Assembly: GCA_963796685.1 (NCBI GenBank)
Contig: CAWCMR010000015.1
Location: forward strand, 404,164-468,163
DNA from: an uncultured delta proteobacterium
GTDB taxonomy: Bacteria; Myxococcota_A; Polyangia; Fen-1088
Reading direction: 5' to 3'
Length of the DNA stretch: 64,000 bases
The first letter of the stretch is position 1, and each line of letters begins with the position of its first letter. Shown in pieces: positions 48,588 through 57,229 of this stretch. The translations under genes were made by a program, and so were the position numbers. Below the pieces are notes generated by a model. That model saw only the letters and a list, made by a program, of their open reading frames with translations. It did no database searches and had not been told where the DNA came from.

Positions 48588-49306
48588 CGCCGGGCCTCCA
48601 GGACGCGAACGGAGAGGAACAGGGCGAAGTACGTGACCGCCAGGTAATAGACGACATCGCGCAGGTTGAGGATGCCCGCCTGGAAGGGGGGAAAGTGCCG
48701 GCCCCACAGCGCCAGGGCGAAGAACACGTCGTTGAGCGGCCGCTCGGTCACGGTGCCGACCATCCAGACGATGATGAGGCACACCACCAAGCAGCCCGAG
48801 ATGATGGCGGCCAGGAGTTGCGACCGGGCCAGGGTCGAGCCGAGGGTGCCGATGGCCAGGGTGGCGCTGCCGAGCAGCAAGAGCCCCGCATACCCGACGG
48901 CCACGTGCCCGAACGAGAGCTTGCCGTTGACCAGAATCAACATGGGCATGAACACGCCCGCCAGGGTCATCAGCGACAGGAAGATGAACGCGGACAGGAA
49001 TTTGCCGAGGACGATCTCGCGTTCGCGCACGGGCGACGAGGCGAGCAGAACCATGCTGCCGTTTTGCCGCTCTTCCGCGAGCAGGCGCATGGACAGGAAG
49101 ACCGAGGCGGCCATGACCAGGCCGCTGGAGTTGAAGAAGAACTCGCTCAGCACCTCGGTCGAGAGACGCTCATGCTCGCCGCCCAGGGCGCGCACGTTGA
49201 ACAGGATGCCATCCACGAACAGGACCACGGCGGCGATGACGTAGCCGCTCATGGTGCGCAGATAGGCGCCAAGCTCGCGTCGGGCGATGAGCCAGGTGGC
49301 GGTCAT
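48578..49306 (-). CDS. ABC-2 permease (GldF-like)
   Basis: IARRELGAY, MRLLAEER and EIVLGKF. Confidence 0.9.
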   Translation of the reverse strand: MTATWLIARRELGAYLRTMSGYVIAAVVLFVDGILFNVRALGGEHERLSTEVLSEFFFNSSGLVMAASVFLSMRLLAEERQNGSMVLLASSPVREREIVLGKFLSAFIFLSLMTLAGVFMPMLILVNGKLSFGHVAVGYAGLLLLGSATLAIGTLGSTLARSQLLAAIISGCLVVCLIIVWMVGTVTERPLNDVFFALALWGRHFPPFQAGILNLRDVVYYLAVTYFALFLSVRVLEARRWS

Positions 49307-50247
49307 TGCGGACCTCCAACCGGGCCATGGGTGAGATTCATGAAGATCGACTCCAGGCGGGATTCGCTCCGCTCGAGGCGCAGCAGATCGCAACCGGCGC
49401 CCACCAGCAGGCGCGCCACGTCGGCGCGGACATCGGTGCTGGCCGCGATGTCGAAAACGGTGGTGTGGTCGGCCGTCGATCGGGTTTGCGTCTTGCTGAC
49501 CGACGCCAGCCCGGCCAAGCGTTCGGCAAGGCCCGCCGGCCCGCCGCGTACTTCGACCTCGATGGCGCCCCCGCCCTGGCCCATGGCGGACGCGAGCTCG
49601 GCCTCGCTGCCCTGGCCCACGAGCTCGCCGTTGTGGATGACCAGCAGGCGGTCGCAAGTCTGGCTGATTTCGGTCAGGAGGTGGCTGGAGATGAGCACGG
49701 TGTGCTCGCCGTGCAGACCACGCAAAAGACTGCGCATTTCCACGATCTGCGCCGGATCCAGACCGGCTGAAGGTTCGTCGAGAATCAGCAGCGTGGGTTT
49801 GTGCACGATGGCCTGGGCCACGCCCACGCGCTGGCGATACCCGTGCGACAGCTCGCCGATGACCTCGCGGTGCATGTCGCGCAAGGCGGTCCTCTCTTCG
49901 GCCTCGGCAACGCGCGCCGCGGTTTCGCGGGCGGGCACTTGGCGCAGGCGCGCGGCAAAGGCCAGGTAGGAGCCGACGGTCATTTCGGGATAGAGCGGCG
50001 GCAGGTCGGGCAGAAAACCGATCCGGCCGCGGATTTCGTAGGGATTTTGGGTGACCTCGAGGCCGTCCACACGCACGGTTCCCGAGGTTGGCAGGAGAAG
50101 GCAGCCCAAAATCCGCAAGGTGGTGGTCTTCCCGGCCCCATTGAGGCCGAGAAAGCCCACGACTTCGCCCTTGGCGATAGAGAAGGATAGATCGCGGATG
50201 GCGGCCCGCTCGCCGAAATACTTCGACAGCTTGTCCACTTCGATCAT
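49303..50247 (-). CDS. ABC transporter ATP-binding protein (GldA-like)
   Basis: GLNGAGKTT, LSHGYRQR and LILDEP. Confidence 0.95.
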   Translation of the reverse strand: MIEVDKLSKYFGERAAIRDLSFSIAKGEVVGFLGLNGAGKTTTLRILGCLLLPTSGTVRVDGLEVTQNPYEIRGRIGFLPDLPPLYPEMTVGSYLAFAARLRQVPARETAARVAEAEERTALRDMHREVIGELSHGYRQRVGVAQAIVHKPTLLILDEPSAGLDPAQIVEMRSLLRGLHGEHTVLISSHLLTEISQTCDRLLVIHNGELVGQGSEAELASAMGQGGGAIEVEVRGGPAGLAERLAGLASVSKTQTRSTADHTTVFDIAASTDVRADVARLLVGAGCDLLRLERSESRLESIFMNLTHGPVGGPQ

Positions 50248-50297
50248 GACAGGAAGGTAGAAGTACACAGCTTTTCGCCTGCAAGCAAGGGGCGGAA

Positions 50298-51440
50298 ATG
50301 AATATGAAAACCCGGTATGCTCCCACCGTGGTGCGCGACATGCGATGGACCCTCCTGGTTCTCCTGATGGCCGGTGGCGGTGCGTGCGCCGGGGTGGACG
50401 ACTTCGTGGGGGAGTCTCCCGACGCCGGTACCGACGCCGACGCCGTCTCGAACGGGGTCGATAGCGATCCTGCCCGTGCGCTTTTTCCCTGTGTCGCGTC
50501 GGGTCCCGCCCCGCTCCAGTTCCAACCGGCCGACGTGCTCGTCCTGCTCGACCGTTCCGATTCCATGGGGACGGCCTACGGCGCCGGCACGCGCTACCAG
50601 GCGGCGTCGGCGCTGCTCTCGGACGTGGTGGAGGCCTATTCCGAGCACGTGCGCTTCGGCTACCAGGAAATGCCCGGGCGGCAGGGCTGCGGCGATCTAC
50701 TCGCCGGTGTCTGCTGTGCCTCGCCGCCGCTGGTGGGGATCGCGGACGGCAACCTACAGGCGGTGACCACGGCGATTGCATCGGCCTTGCCCCTGGATGG
50801 CAGCACGCCGACCGCCGCGTCCTTGCGTTTGGCGCGCGACCACTACGCGACGCTCGCCGACGGCATCGACAACCGCTACGTTCTGCTCGCCACCGATGGC
50901 GCACCCAATTGTACCCTGGCCGGCACGCTGTCGAGTGAGGACGGATCCAATGCGGCGAGCGCGGCGTGCGCCGAGGCGCTCGCCGAGGTCAACGCCATGG
51001 TTGCCGTGGGCGTGCGGGTCATCGTGCTGGGCGCGGGACCGGGAGGCTCGGACGACGCCAGCGCAGACAACGCCTGTCTCGACGCACTCGCGCACGCCGG
51101 AGGGGTCGCGGCTTCGCCGGGTTACCCGGGCTTCTTCACCCTGGACGATCCGGAGCAACTGCACTTGGTCGTCGAGCGCCTGTTCGGCGGCACCACGCGC
51201 CCGCCGTGCTCGGTGCGCTTTTCCGACAAGCTGGACGACCCCTCGAACATCGGGGTGTATCTCGACGGCAAACCAATCCCGCGCGGGCAGGTCGACGGAT
51301 GGCAACTCGATTCCGCGACGAACCCGCAGGCCGTGATCATCACCGGTGCGTACTGCGACCAGATCCAGGAGTTCCAGGTCGCCCAAGTCGAGGTGGGTTA
51401 CTATTGCACGCCTTGTCTGGAGGGCCAGACGTGTAACTAG
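50298..51440 (+). CDS. vWA-domain Cys-rich lipoprotein (CglB-like)
   Basis: GGAC lipobox; LLDRSDSM MIDAS; TPTAASL; LATDGAPNC. Confidence 0.82.
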   Translation: MNMKTRYAPTVVRDMRWTLLVLLMAGGGACAGVDDFVGESPDAGTDADAVSNGVDSDPARALFPCVASGPAPLQFQPADVLVLLDRSDSMGTAYGAGTRYQAASALLSDVVEAYSEHVRFGYQEMPGRQGCGDLLAGVCCASPPLVGIADGNLQAVTTAIASALPLDGSTPTAASLRLARDHYATLADGIDNRYVLLATDGAPNCTLAGTLSSEDGSNAASAACAEALAEVNAMVAVGVRVIVLGAGPGGSDDASADNACLDALAHAGGVAASPGYPGFFTLDDPEQLHLVVERLFGGTTRPPCSVRFSDKLDDPSNIGVYLDGKPIPRGQVDGWQLDSATNPQAVIITGAYCDQIQEFQVAQVEVGYYCTPCLEGQTCN

Positions 51441-51602
51441 GAGGCTGGTGTCAAACGGCTCCCGTCGCTTGGCGGGCTGCGGGCCCCGCCCGCTTCGTTG
51501 CTCGTCGGTTCAATACGTCCAGTATTCGCCCTCCTCGCGCCTCGCGGCCGGGGCTCCTCGCTCCGCCAGAGCTCGGTCCGCCATTTGACACCAGCCTCCT
51601 AG
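51437..51602. mobile_element. MITE with 15-bp terminal inverted repeats flanked by CTAG
   Basis: CTAG-GAGGCTGGTGTCAAA...TTTGACACCAGCCTC-CTAG. Confidence 0.85.
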
Positions 51603-53539
51603 GATTCCGCGCTGCCGGCAAGAAATGCCTGGAGAGCGGCGGAGGCCCTTTCCCAGTCGGACATCCGTTTGGCGAGGAGCGTGTCGAGCTCCCGCTCTTT
51701 GTCCGCCAGCTCGTGCAGCTTCTGCCAGTTGCCGCCGTGATCCTCGCCGAGCTTCGTCCGTAGCGCGGCCAGGTCGCGTTCCACGCGAGCAATCTCCTCT
51801 TCCAGGGAGGCCACCAGACGTTCCATCCGTCGCTGTTGCCTCTCCCGCTCCTTCTTGGAGCTCCTGACGGTTTCCGCGGGAGACTCGACGGGGCGCTGGG
51901 GTGGTGCCTTCTGTGCGGCGGGCGGGTTGGACGCGGCCTGCTTGCGCCGGTGTTCGCGCCAGTCCGAGTAGTTCCCGACGTGGCTTTCCAGGCCGTCGCC
52001 CGTGAAGATGTAGAGGCGCTTGCAAATGCGATCGAGGAAGTAGCGGTCGTGGCTGATGACCACGAGCGTGCCTTCGAAACCGTCGAGAGCGTGCTCGAGA
52101 GTTTCGCGCGCGGGAATGTCGAGGTGGTTGGTGGGTTCGTCCATCACCAGCAGGTTGCGCGGGAAGAGCAGCATCTTGGCCAGCGCCAGGCGGCTGCGCT
52201 CGCCGCCCGAAAAGCCGCGCACGATGCGAAAGGGGTCGTCGCCGAAGAAGCGGAACTTCGCTAGGTACTGGCGCACGACCTCGGGGGAGAGATCGTCGCG
52301 CACGGATTGGATCTCCTCGATGGCGGTCCGTTCTTCGGACAGGGAGCTCAGCTTCTGATCGAAATAGCCCAGGCGCACCGAGGAACCGCGCTCGACGGTG
52401 CCGGCCAGGGGGGGCAGCTCGCCCACCAGGGTCTTGATCAAGGTGCTCTTGCCGCAACCGTTCGGTCCGACGATGCCGACGCGATCGCCGCGGTAGATGT
52501 TGACCGTGATGTCCTTCAGGATCGGCTGGTCGGCATAGCCGACGGTGATGCCGGGCGCGCGGATGATCTCCTTGCCGCCCAGATCGCCGCCCGCGGAAAA
52601 GTGCAAGGCGATCTTGCCCGCCAGCTGCCAATTGTCCTCGGGCCGCTCCAGGCGCTCGAGCTTTTCCAGCATGCGCCGGCGGCTCTGCGCCTGCTTGGTG
52701 TTTTGTCCGGCCAGGTTCTTGCGGATGAAGTTCTCGGTCTTCTCGACGTGCTCCTTCTGGCGCTCGTACTCGACCCGGGCGCGCTCGAGGCGCGCGTCGC
52801 GCTCGACCACGTATCGGTCGTAGGGGTAGGCGTAGCGGACGAAGTCGCCGTCTTCGAGCTCGACGATCTCGCGACAAGTCCGCTGGATGAAGGCGCGGTC
52901 GTGGGAGACGATCAGGAAGGCGCCGGGGTAGTCGTTGAGATGGGCTTCCAGGCGTTCGATGGCCGCCAGATCCAGGTGGTTGGTCGGCTCGTCGAGCAGC
53001 AACAGATCGGGCTGCCGCGCCAGCACCTTGGCCAGCTCCAGCCGCCCGCGCTCGCCCCCCGAAAGCGTGGTCACCGAACGCCCGAGATCGGTGGCGGCCA
53101 GGCCGACCTCCTCGGTCAGAGCGCGCACGCGGGTTTCGATCTCGTAGCCGCCCTCGATACGGTAGCGCTCCTGCAATTCGCCGTAGCGCTTGAGCTCCGC
53201 CGCCTCGGCCGTGCCCAAACGCGCCTCCAGCTCGACCATCTCGTCGTGCATGGCGCGCAGGTGGGCGAAGGGCTCGAGCAGGGCATCGAGCACGGTTCCG
53301 TCGCCGGTCTGCTGCTGCGACTGCTGCAGATAGGCCACGGTCGCGCGGCCGAGCATGCGTACGTCGCCCGCGTCGGCCGCCAGCTCGCCTGCCAGCAGCT
53401 TGAGCACGGTGGACTTGCCGGTGCCGTTCGGGCCCAGCAAGGCCATGCGATCGCCGGGACGAATGAGCAACGACGCGCCGGTCAGGATGTCCTTGCCGGG
53501 AAAGGCAAAGTGCGTATCGGCGAACTGAGCGAGAGACAT
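51599..53539 (-). CDS. ABC-F family ATPase
   Basis: Two NBDs (GPNGTGKST, GPNGCGKST), LSGGE, two DEPTNHLD, C-terminal coiled coil, no TM. Confidence 0.95.
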   Translation of the reverse strand: MSLAQFADTHFAFPGKDILTGASLLIRPGDRMALLGPNGTGKSTVLKLLAGELAADAGDVRMLGRATVAYLQQSQQQTGDGTVLDALLEPFAHLRAMHDEMVELEARLGTAEAAELKRYGELQERYRIEGGYEIETRVRALTEEVGLAATDLGRSVTTLSGGERGRLELAKVLARQPDLLLLDEPTNHLDLAAIERLEAHLNDYPGAFLIVSHDRAFIQRTCREIVELEDGDFVRYAYPYDRYVVERDARLERARVEYERQKEHVEKTENFIRKNLAGQNTKQAQSRRRMLEKLERLERPEDNWQLAGKIALHFSAGGDLGGKEIIRAPGITVGYADQPILKDITVNIYRGDRVGIVGPNGCGKSTLIKTLVGELPPLAGTVERGSSVRLGYFDQKLSSLSEERTAIEEIQSVRDDLSPEVVRQYLAKFRFFGDDPFRIVRGFSGGERSRLALAKMLLFPRNLLVMDEPTNHLDIPARETLEHALDGFEGTLVVISHDRYFLDRICKRLYIFTGDGLESHVGNYSDWREHRRKQAASNPPAAQKAPPQRPVESPAETVRSSKKERERQQRRMERLVASLEEEIARVERDLAALRTKLGEDHGGNWQKLHELADKERELDTLLAKRMSDWERASAALQAFLAGSAES

Positions 53540-53558
53540 AGGAAATGCTTCCGGATTT

Positions 53559-53661
53559 TTCACCACAGAGAGCACAGAGGACACAAAGAAGGAAGACGAG
53601 GTCGTCCGGATCCGAAACCCTTCCTTTTCGACCTCTGCGCTCTCTGCGCCTCTGTGGTGAA
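53559..53661. repeat. CACAGAG-type palindromic intergenic repeat
   Basis: TTCACCACAGAG...CTCTGTGGTGAA with 9-bp sub-repeats; related copies at ~36838-36865 and ~62345-62452. Confidence 0.75.
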
Positions 53662-53674
53662 TCGAGGTAACTCT

Positions 53675-54754
53675 CTAGCCGTTCTTGGCCTTAAATTCGC
53701 TCATGTGGGTGGCGAGGAGCAGGCAGCCCTCGACGGGCATGCCGTTGTAGATCGAGGCCCGGATCCCGCCCACCGTGCGGTAGCCCTTGAGCGACACCAT
53801 GTCCTTGGCCGACGCCTCCTTGATGAACTTGTCGGTGAGCTCGTCGCTGGGCAGCTTGAAGGTCACGTTCATGTGGCTGCGCGCGGCCTTGTCCGTCACG
53901 GTGCCCTTGTAGAAACCACCCGACTCGTCGATGGCGTCGTAGATGGCCTTGGCCTTCTCGCCATTGCGCTTTTCGATGGCGCCAAGCCCGCCTTGCCGCT
54001 CCATCCAGCGGAAGGTCTCGAGCAGGACGTAGATGCCGAAGGTCGGCGGGGTGTTGAGGCAGCTCTTGGCGTCGGCGTGGGCCTTGTAGCTCAGGATCTT
54101 GGGCACGCTCTTGGGGATGCGGTCGTAGAGATCCTTGCGCACGATCATGAGCACCACGCCCGAGGGACCGAGGTTCTTTTGGGCACCGGCGTAGATGATG
54201 CCGGTGCGCGCGACGGGGTGGGGGCGCGACATGATTTCCGAGCTGGCGTCCACGACCAGGGTGGCGTGCGCCGGCCAATCGACGAAACGGTTGCCATGCA
54301 CGGTTTCGTTCGAGCAGATGTGCATGTACGCGGCCGCCGGGTCGGGCGTGATGGGCGCCGGCAGGCGATCGAATTGCGTCGCTTCGCTGCTGGCGATCAC
54401 GCGTATCTTGTCGCCGCCCACGCCCTTGGCCACATCTGCCGCCTTCTTCGACCACTCGCCGCTGACCACATAGTCGGCCGGCCCCGAGAGGAAATTCATG
54501 GGAATGACGGCGAACTGCTGGGTGGCGCCGCCTTGCAGGAAGAGGACGTCGTGGGTGTCGGGGATGCCGAGCAGGGTCCGGCAGCGTGCGATGGTCTCGT
54601 CGAGAACCGCATCGAATTCCTTGCCTCGGTGACTGCATTCTGCAATTCCGAAACCCTTGCCTTGGAAATCCAAGAGGGCCGCGGCGGAGGCTTCGAGAAC
54701 CTCGAAGGGGAGCGTGGCGGGACCGGCAGCGAAGTTGTAGACGCGCTTTTTCAT
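53675..54754 (-). CDS. serC: phosphoserine aminotransferase
   Basis: NFAAGPA, SHR, FLQGGATQQF, NETVHG, AGAQKNLGP, NTPP and GIRASIYN. Confidence 0.97.
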   Translation of the reverse strand: MKKRVYNFAAGPATLPFEVLEASAAALLDFQGKGFGIAECSHRGKEFDAVLDETIARCRTLLGIPDTHDVLFLQGGATQQFAVIPMNFLSGPADYVVSGEWSKKAADVAKGVGGDKIRVIASSEATQFDRLPAPITPDPAAAYMHICSNETVHGNRFVDWPAHATLVVDASSEIMSRPHPVARTGIIYAGAQKNLGPSGVVLMIVRKDLYDRIPKSVPKILSYKAHADAKSCLNTPPTFGIYVLLETFRWMERQGGLGAIEKRNGEKAKAIYDAIDESGGFYKGTVTDKAARSHMNVTFKLPSDELTDKFIKEASAKDMVSLKGYRTVGGIRASIYNGMPVEGCLLLATHMSEFKAKNG

Positions 54755-54970
54755 GCAGGCAGGATAGTCGATGCGGCTTGGCCTTGCTAGCCCCGCCAGC
54801 GCGGGGGCGGTTTCATGCCTGGGCCGGTCGTTGCGACGCCCAACCGGTCCCATGGTGCGCGACATCATATGCGATTGACAGCGGGTTGCTTGTGTACGTA
54901 GATAGGCTGCGAATTTCTCATGGGGGTGGGCAGAGGCACACTCCCGCCTCGTCCAAGCAAGGAGATCTCA

Positions 54971-55276
54971 ATGACCCGTACACTCAAGGCGCTATCAGCT
55001 CTGGTTCTCGGTGGAATGCTCCTCGTCAGCACGGCCTGCGAAGACAAAGAGTGCAAAGACGCTCTTGCCAAGGCGACGACCGCGTCCGAAGCCGCGGCGA
55101 AGTCCCAGGCCGCCATGGTGGCCGACCTGAACGCCACCAAGGCCAAGCTCGCGGCCAAGGAAGCCGAGCTGGCACAGGTCAAGAAGGAAGCGGAAGAAGC
55201 CAAGGCCGCTCCCAAGGCCGAAGAACCCGCCCCCGCGGCGGCGGCCAAGAAGGGGAAGGGCAAGAAGAAGAAGTAG
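54971..55276 (+). CDS. small Ala/Lys-rich lipoprotein
   Basis: AAGGAG RBS, STAC lipobox, coiled coil, basic tail. Confidence 0.8.
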   Translation: MTRTLKALSALVLGGMLLVSTACEDKECKDALAKATTASEAAAKSQAAMVADLNATKAKLAAKEAELAQVKKEAEEAKAAPKAEEPAPAAAAKKGKGKKKK

Positions 55277-55322
55277 CGTCGACTCGAAGTCGTCGGGCGC
55301 TCCCTCGCGGAGCACCACGAGG

Positions 55323-55357
55323 AAAAGGGGCATCACCGCAAGGTTGAGCCCCTTTTC
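55323..55357. terminator. bidirectional intrinsic terminator
   Basis: AAAAGGGGC...GCCCCTTTT between convergent genes. Confidence 0.8.
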
Positions 55358-55378
55358 TATTTTGCGCGCGCGCTCGGG

Positions 55379-57181
55379 CTACTTGCCGGCGGCCAGAATC
55401 CGCCGGCGCAGCGACTCGTTCTGCTGCCACATCTCCTCGGGCATGCGCGTGCCGAAGGTTTCGAAGAACTGTCCGACGGCATCAATCTCCGCCAGCCAGT
55501 CTTTGGGCTTGATCGAGAGCAGCTTGGTCATGTTCTCGGCCGGCAGATCCAGTCCGGTCATGTCGATGTCCTTGGGGTTCGGCACAAGGCCGATCGGCGT
55601 CTCCACGCTGTCGACCTCGCCACGGCAGCGCGCGAGAATCCACTCCAGAATGCGCAGATTCTCGCCGAATCCCGGCCACAGGAACTTGCCTTTCTCGTCG
55701 GTGCGAAACCAGTTCACGTGGAAGATCTTGGGCGGGCGTCGGACGCGCAAGCCCATGTCGAGCCAGTGCCCGAAGTAGTCGGCCATGTTGTAGCCACAGA
55801 AGGGCAACATCGCCATCGGGTCACGACGAACCTCGCCGATGGCCCCGAACTGCGCGGCGGTCCGCTCGCTGGCCATGCTGGCCCCCATGTACACGCCGTG
55901 ATCCCAGTTGAAGGCTTCGTAGACCAGCGGCGCCAAGGTGGCGCGGCGGCCACCGAAGATGATGGCCGAGATGGGCACACCATGGTGGTGCTCGAAGCGG
56001 AACGAGTGCGTCGGGCAGTTGGTGAAGGGGGCGGTGAAGCGACTGTTGGGGTGGGCGGCCGCCACGACCTTGCCGTCCTTGCCGACCACCTTCGGGTTCC
56101 ACGGCTTGCCCTGCCAGTCGATGGCCTCCGCGGGCGGCGGATCGTCATGGCCTTCCCACCACACGGTGCCGTCCGGCTTGAGCGCGACGTTGGTGTAGAT
56201 CGTGTCGTGCTTGATGGTGATCATGGCGTTGTAGTTGGTCTTCGAGCTCGTGCCAGGCACCACGCCGAAGTAACCCATCTCGGGATTGACGGCCCACAGA
56301 CGGCCATCCGTATCGACCTTCATCCACGCGATGTCATCGCCCACGGTCCAGATGCGATAGCCCTTCATCTTCAGCCCTTCGGGCGGAAGCAACATGGCCA
56401 AGTTGGTTTTGCCACAAGCGCTGGGGAACGCCGCCGCGATGTACTGGACCCGACCCACGGGCTCCTCGATGCCCAGGATCAGCATGTGCTCGGCCAGCCA
56501 CTTCTCGCGTTGGGCCTGCACCGAGGCGATGCGCAGGGCGAGGCACTTCTTGCCCAGCAGCACGTTGCCGCCGTAGCCCGAGCCCACGGACCAGATGGCG
56601 TTGTCCTCGGGGAAGTGCAGGATCAGGCGGCGGTTGACATCGAGGTCGGCCTTGCTGTGCAGGCATTGGGTGAACTCGCCGTTCGGTCCGAGGGCATCGA
56701 GGACGGATTCGCCCATGCGGGTCATGATGCGCATGTTGAGCACCACGTAGATGCTGTCGGTCAGCTCGATGCCGATCTTCGAGAAGGGCGAGCCGATGGG
56801 CCCCATGGCGAAGGGAATCACGTACAGGGTGCGCCCCTTCATGGCGCCCGAGAACAGCTCGTGAGCCTTGCGATAGGCCTCGCGCGGGCTCATCCAGTTG
56901 TTCGTCGGACCCGCGTCGCCCTGGAAGCTGGTGCAGATGTACGTCAGGTGCTCGGTGCGGGCCACGTCGTTGGCCGCGGTCCGGTGCAGGTAGCAGCCGG
57001 GCAATTCGGTCTGATTCAGCTCCAGGAGCTCACCGGTCTTGAGCGCCTCGACGGTCAGCCTGCGTTTCTCTTCCTCGGAGCCATCGCACCAGTAGATGCT
57101 GTCGGGCTGGCACATGGCCGCCATGCGATCGATCCATTCTTGAACATGCGCGTACTTGATCATCGACGAGATTTCTTGCAT
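55379..57181 (-). CDS. pckG: phosphoenolpyruvate carboxykinase (GTP)
   Basis: DVARTE, GSGYGGN.LLGKKC, AFPSACGKTN, GDDIAW, HPNSRF and VNWFR. Confidence 0.98.
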   Translation of the reverse strand: MQEISSMIKYAHVQEWIDRMAAMCQPDSIYWCDGSEEEKRRLTVEALKTGELLELNQTELPGCYLHRTAANDVARTEHLTYICTSFQGDAGPTNNWMSPREAYRKAHELFSGAMKGRTLYVIPFAMGPIGSPFSKIGIELTDSIYVVLNMRIMTRMGESVLDALGPNGEFTQCLHSKADLDVNRRLILHFPEDNAIWSVGSGYGGNVLLGKKCLALRIASVQAQREKWLAEHMLILGIEEPVGRVQYIAAAFPSACGKTNLAMLLPPEGLKMKGYRIWTVGDDIAWMKVDTDGRLWAVNPEMGYFGVVPGTSSKTNYNAMITIKHDTIYTNVALKPDGTVWWEGHDDPPPAEAIDWQGKPWNPKVVGKDGKVVAAAHPNSRFTAPFTNCPTHSFRFEHHHGVPISAIIFGGRRATLAPLVYEAFNWDHGVYMGASMASERTAAQFGAIGEVRRDPMAMLPFCGYNMADYFGHWLDMGLRVRRPPKIFHVNWFRTDEKGKFLWPGFGENLRILEWILARCRGEVDSVETPIGLVPNPKDIDMTGLDLPAENMTKLLSIKPKDWLAEIDAVGQFFETFGTRMPEEMWQQNESLRRRILAAGK

Positions 57182-57229
57182 GCCCGTCGCGCGTGGTCAA
57201 CGACGGATGGGGGACCGCTTGCGTCAGGA

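Noticed and set aside
45733-50247. Gld-like ABC operon as a novel system
   Set aside because: The GldA/F/G + DUF4340 arrangement is widespread and already known.
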